DNA of 20,952 nt from Archangium sp. (GTDB taxonomy: Bacteria; Myxococcota; Myxococcia; Myxococcales; Myxococcaceae): the NCBI GenBank assembly GCA_031367385.1, contig JANLPS010000195.1, positions 1 to 20,952 on the forward strand, given 5' to 3'. The position numbers were made by a program, and so were the translations under genes. Position 1 is the first letter of the stretch, and every line of letters starts with the position of its first letter. This document shows, piece after piece, positions 17,748 through 20,952 of the stretch. Below the pieces are notes generated by a model, which saw only the letters and a list, made by a program, of their open reading frames with translations, did no database searches and was not told where the DNA came from.

Positions 17748-18631
17748 AGCCACGCATCGCGGTCGTCGGTTCACTGGTCGACGAGCTCGCCGGTGCCCCG
17801 GTGCTCCACTTCGAGACGCCGCGACAGGCGCTCGAAGCGCGAGCGGGTTTGGTGGTGATGCGCGAAGCAGATTGGGCGCGCAGCCGAGATGAAGCACCGG
17901 CTGGCGCGGTCTGTGCGCTGGTGATTGCGTCACCGGGCCGCGAGGTCTACGGCCAGTACCTCCGCGATCTGAGGGTACGCCACCTGCTCGGCGAAGGCTC
18001 GAGCCTGAGAGCAGAGCTTGGGAGCATGGTCGCGCTCGAGACTGGGCAGGCCCCATTCTCGGCCACCTCGCTCGGGCTGGGCGCACTGGGCCTGAGCCTT
18101 CGGCTTCGTTCGAGCGCTGAAGAGCCGGCGCTCCTGACCCGGGCGACCGAGTTCGCGCATGGTGCAGGGGCGCGAGGCCGGGCTGCCCAAAACTGGCTCG
18201 ATGCACTCTCAGAGACCGTGACCAATGCCGTCTACAACGCGCCCCGAGCCGGTGACGAAGCGCTCTTCGAAGGGCTTCATCGGCGCCACGCGGTGACGCT
18301 CGACGAGCGCCACGCCGTCGAGGTGAACCTCTTCGCGACCGCGCAAGATCTGTCGTTCGAGGTCGCCGACGCGTTCGGGTCGCTCACCCCTGAGCACTTT
18401 CAGCGGTACCTGGGCGGCTCGTTGAGTCGCGCCCCGGCGAAGGCCATCGAGAAGCCTGGTGGGGCTGGGTTGGGGTTGATGATGATGTTCGACCGGTTGG
18501 AGCGCCTGGTCGCGATGGTCGACCCCGGCCATCGAACCAGCATGGTGGGCGTGGGCCCGCTCTCGTACGGCCATTCACGCGAGCGAGGCCGCACGGTGCA
18601 GTTCTTCAAAGGGCCGATGCGCCGGGGTTGA
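17744..18631 (+). CDS. RsbW/SpoIIAB-like anti-sigma-factor kinase (HATPase_c-type) with a degenerate N-terminal domain, 295 aa
   Basis: N-box LSETVTNAVYNAP (18212-), G1-like VADAFGSL, G2 box GGAGLGL (18458-18478). No HisKA H-box is visible. ATGA overlap with the kinase stop. Confidence 0.72.
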   Translation: MKPRIAVVGSLVDELAGAPVLHFETPRQALEARAGLVVMREADWARSRDEAPAGAVCALVIASPGREVYGQYLRDLRVRHLLGEGSSLRAELGSMVALETGQAPFSATSLGLGALGLSLRLRSSAEEPALLTRATEFAHGAGARGRAAQNWLDALSETVTNAVYNAPRAGDEALFEGLHRRHAVTLDERHAVEVNLFATAQDLSFEVADAFGSLTPEHFQRYLGGSLSRAPAKAIEKPGGAGLGLMMMFDRLERLVAMVDPGHRTSMVGVGPLSYGHSRERGRTVQFFKGPMRRG

Positions 18632-18637
18632 CTGACG

Positions 18638-18795
18638 CGCAAGAACCCAGCTGGCGAGGTTCAGCCCATCGCGCGAGACTCGAACGAGCCGGGCCACCCG
18701 CTCAATCGCGACGCTGATGGGCACCTTCGAGGCGACGACGGCGCCTGAGACGCGGGTGCCTTCGGCCTCCAGTTTCGCGAGCCGGGGGTTCTGCG
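18638..18795. repeat. Intergenic element with imperfect terminal inverted repeats and internal stems (possible structured RNA or MITE-like element)
   Basis: CGC-A-AGAACCC-A-GCT-G-GCGA (18638-18657) pairs with TCGC-G-AGC-CGG-GGGTTCT-GCG (18775-18795). Internal perfect stems are GCCCATC/GATGGGC (18664-70/18716-22) and GGCACC/GGTGCC (18720-25/18755-60). Confidence 0.35.
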
Positions 18796-18799
18796 AGGC

Positions 18800-18808
18800 T
18801 GCTACGAT
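18800..18808 (+). promoter_or_regulatory. Candidate extended -10 (TGcTACGAT) giving a leaderless transcript for the PspA-like gene
   Basis: TGnTAnnnT ends exactly 7 nt before GTG 18816, and there is no well-placed Shine-Dalgarno. Confidence 0.45.
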
Positions 18809-18815
18809 CGATGGT

Positions 18816-19367
18816 GTGTTCGGGTACTTTCGCAAGAAAAGCGCACCGTCGAAGGTCGACCCGCTGGCGGCCTACGACGGCGTGATCGACTCGCTCGAGC
18901 GACAGGCGGCCCAGGTGCGAAAGAGCGCTGCGACCTTGCTGGCGCTGCGGGGTGAGCTGAGCCGCGACCGTGACCGGTACGCGAAGCGGCTGGTTGATCT
19001 CGAGGCGCGGGTCGGTGAAGCGGGCGAGAACGGTGACGCGAAAGCTGAGCGCGTGCTTCGTCGCGACTTCGATGAGGCGCAGCGGCTAAAGGCCCAGACC
19101 GAGTCGGCGCTCGACGGCGCGAAGGCCGATGCCGAGCTGTTGATGACCGCCGCTGAAGATCTCGCCACCAAAGTCTCGGCTCTGAAGACCGAGCGCCTGA
19201 GCGCCAAGGCCCGATTCGCCGCCGGAGCGACGGTCAGCGAGACCATGCGCGCCCAGGTCGAAGAGTTCGACCGCGTGGTCAAGCTCGACGCCGCGCGCGA
19301 TGAGGTCGAAAGAGCGCACGCCTTGGCAGATCTCTACCGCGACGAAGCGAAGACCAAGCTGCGCTAG
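18816..19367 (+). CDS. PspA/IM30-family coiled-coil protein, 183 aa
   Basis: Start moved to GTG 18816 (MFGYFRKK..DPLAAYDGVIDSLE). All-helical, heptad-rich sequence with a PspA-like DP..I..LE start, GD-K-A turn, and L..K...LK.ER..AKAR segment. Confidence 0.72.
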   Translation: MFGYFRKKSAPSKVDPLAAYDGVIDSLERQAAQVRKSAATLLALRGELSRDRDRYAKRLVDLEARVGEAGENGDAKAERVLRRDFDEAQRLKAQTESALDGAKADAELLMTAAEDLATKVSALKTERLSAKARFAAGATVSETMRAQVEEFDRVVKLDAARDEVERAHALADLYRDEAKTKLR

Positions 19368-19876
19368 GCCCCGCGGTATTTCTTCGCCAGGTCGCGGTAC
19401 ACCACCCACGAGTGCGCGATGATCTCGAGCTCCCGTTCACCCACATCGCGAACCCGCTTCGCCGGAGACCCGATGATGAAGCTGCGGGGAGCGAACACCT
19501 TGCCCGGCGTGACGAGCGAGCCGGCGGCGACGAAGCTCGAGTCACCAATCTCAACGCCGTCGAGCAGAATGCTGCCCATGCCGATGAGGCACTGATCGCC
19601 CACCGTGCACCCATGCACGATCACCCGATGGCCGATGGTGCACTCGCTGCCGATGGTGGTCTTCGACACGCCCCCCGTCGCGTGCGCGATTGACCCGTCT
19701 TGAAAATTCGAGCGCTCGCCAATCACGATCGGGCCGCTGTCTCCACGCAAGACGCAGGTGGGCCAGACCGAGGCCTCGTTGCCGATGGTCACTTCACCAA
19801 GCAGCTGCGCGCTCGGGTGCACGTAGGCCTGCTCGTGAATGCCCGGGTCGAGGGCGCCGAAGCGGGTGTTCGCCAT
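19364..19876 (-). CDS. Gamma carbonic anhydrase family protein (YrdA/CaiE/PaaY-like hexapeptide-repeat protein), 170 aa
   Basis: Motifs AYVHPSAQLLGEVTIG, VLRGD, SNFQDGSIAH, TIGHRVIVHGC (three putative Zn-ligand His), LIGMGSILLD, GSPAK. Likely start ATG 19876 (MANTRFG). Confidence 0.9.
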   Translation of the reverse strand: MANTRFGALDPGIHEQAYVHPSAQLLGEVTIGNEASVWPTCVLRGDSGPIVIGERSNFQDGSIAHATGGVSKTTIGSECTIGHRVIVHGCTVGDQCLIGMGSILLDGVEIGDSSFVAAGSLVTPGKVFAPRSFIIGSPAKRVRDVGERELEIIAHSWVVYRDLAKKYRGA

Positions 19877-19911
19877 CAGCGCTGAGTACCCCAGTCGGCA
19901 AACCATGTCTC

Positions 19912-19941
19912 TTGACGCCGCGGGCTACGGGCCCTCAATGT
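19912..19941 (+). promoter_or_regulatory. Candidate sigma70-type promoter for the hydrolase (TTGACG-N18-CAATGT), probably leaderless
   Basis: A near-consensus -35 at 19912-19917 and a weak -10 at 19936-19941 ending 7 nt before ATG 19949. No SD. Confidence 0.35.
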
Positions 19942-19948
19942 GCGCCGC

Positions 19949-20809
19949 ATGACCACCTCTTTGACCGGCTCCGAAGTGAAAGAGATCGAGCGCGCCAACG
20001 CTTCTGGTCTCACGCCCGTCGTCTTCGTTCACGGCCTCTGGCTGCTGCCTTCGAGTTGGCAGAGCTGGCGAGACCACTTCGAGGCCGCCGGCTACACCTC
20101 GATTGCGCCAGGCTGGCCTGACGACCCGGCGACGGTTGAAGAAGCGCGCGCGCACCCCGAGGTCTTCGCCAACAAGTCGCTCAAGGTCATCACCGCGCAC
20201 TACACCGAGGCGCTGGGCAAGCTCACCTTGAAGCCCATCGTCATCGGGCACTCGTTCGGCGGAGCGATCGCCCAGATGCTCGCAGGCCAGGGCCTGTCAG
20301 TGGCGACCGTGGCGATCGACCCGGCGCCGTTTCGTGGCGTGCTGCCGCTGCCCTTTTCGTCGCTCAAGACCGCGTCAGCCGTCATCGCCAACCCGGCGAA
20401 CTACTCCAGGGCGGTGGCGCTCACCTACGAGCAGTTCAAATACGGGTGGACCAATGCGCTCGACGAGGCCGAGTCGAAGGCGCTCTACGAAAAATACCAC
20501 GTCGCCGCGTCAGCCCGGCCGCTGTTCTCGGCCGCCACCGCCAACCTGAACCCGTGGACGGAAGACGCCGTCGACACCAAGAACCCGAAGCGTGGCCCGC
20601 TGCTGCTCATCTCAGGCGAGAAAGACAACACCGTGCCGTGGGCCATCGTGAGCGCGTCGTACGATCGGCAAAAGCGAAACCCCGGAGTGACCGAGGTCAC
20701 CTCGATGCCCAACCGCGGTCACTCGCTCACCATCGACCATGGGTGGAAAGAGGTCGCAGACGTGGCGCTCACCTTCGTGCGGCAACACGCTCCGGTGAAG
20801 GGCCGCTAG
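19949..20809 (+). CDS. Alpha/beta fold hydrolase (non-heme haloperoxidase/esterase-like), 286 aa
   Basis: Oxyanion loop VVFVHGLW, nucleophile elbow IGHSFGG, acid GEKDNTVP, catalytic His in RGHSL. Confidence 0.9.
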   Translation: MTTSLTGSEVKEIERANASGLTPVVFVHGLWLLPSSWQSWRDHFEAAGYTSIAPGWPDDPATVEEARAHPEVFANKSLKVITAHYTEALGKLTLKPIVIGHSFGGAIAQMLAGQGLSVATVAIDPAPFRGVLPLPFSSLKTASAVIANPANYSRAVALTYEQFKYGWTNALDEAESKALYEKYHVAASARPLFSAATANLNPWTEDAVDTKNPKRGPLLLISGEKDNTVPWAIVSASYDRQKRNPGVTEVTSMPNRGHSLTIDHGWKEVADVALTFVRQHAPVKGR

Positions 20810-20812
20810 GTC

Positions 20813-20952
20813 CAATGCTGGTCATTTAGCAGCGGGGCGCTGGACCCATTTCTTGTCGTAAGCGCTCATCTTGATCTTCACGACGCGTGGAAAACTGCGC
20901 TTCGGACGGCGTGGCGGCAGCAGTAAGAGTCGCATGCGTTGCCTGAGGTCCA
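20813..20952 (-). mobile_element. Right end of an IS4-family insertion sequence (continues beyond the window)
   Basis: The terminal sequence CAATGCTGGTCATTTAG (20813-20829) resembles the IS4 terminal inverted repeat (TAATGCC..TCAGTTAAG-like, from memory) and contains the stop codon of a transposase-like ORF. Confidence 0.75.
20822..20950 (-). CDS. IS4-family transposase, C-terminal 42 aa (5' part outside the window)
   Basis: The minus-strand frame reads DLRQRMRLLLLPPRRPKRSFPRVVKIKMSAYDKKWVQRPAAK*. The LP.RR.R..PRVVK...Y tail is characteristic of IS4/InsG-type transposases. Not in the supplied ORF track. Confidence 0.78.
   Translation of the reverse strand, partial: DLRQRMRLLLLPPRRPKRSFPRVVKIKMSAYDKKWVQRPAAK

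Noticed and set aside
18717..18815. N-terminal extension of the PspA-like ORF from ATG 18717
   Set aside because: It runs through the structured intergenic element. GTG 18816 gives a family-like N-terminus and fits a -10 element.
1..20952. CRISPR array, tRNA or rRNA genes, or a compositional island
   Set aside because: No regularly spaced repeats or RNA-gene signatures were seen. I could not establish a GC or codon shift by eye.

Overview
GC-rich bacterial DNA that looks myxobacterial (Myxococcota), judged from the protein families present. Nearly all genes are on the + strand. The core is a compact lipid/polyketide operon: a divergent crotonyl-CoA carboxylase/reductase-like MDR, a fatty acyl-AMP ligase (FAAL), a stand-alone ACP, and a single-module PKS (KS-AT-DH-KR-ACP-thioester reductase) whose AT carries a non-canonical specificity motif (VDGVPGHS). 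This operon is flanked by signalling genes that together supply the three parts of an Rsb/SpoII-type partner switch. Upstream is a 1660-aa Ser/Thr kinase-AAA ATPase-GAF-PP2C(SpoIIE) protein. Downstream are a tandem STAS/Zn-ribbon-Ser/Thr kinase and an RsbW-like HATPase. The window starts inside an extended SDR (epimerase/dehydratase). It ends with a PspA/IM30-like gene, a gamma-carbonic-anhydrase-family gene, an alpha/beta hydrolase, and the right end of an IS4-family element that the ORF track missed. All calls come from reading motifs by eye; no searches were run.
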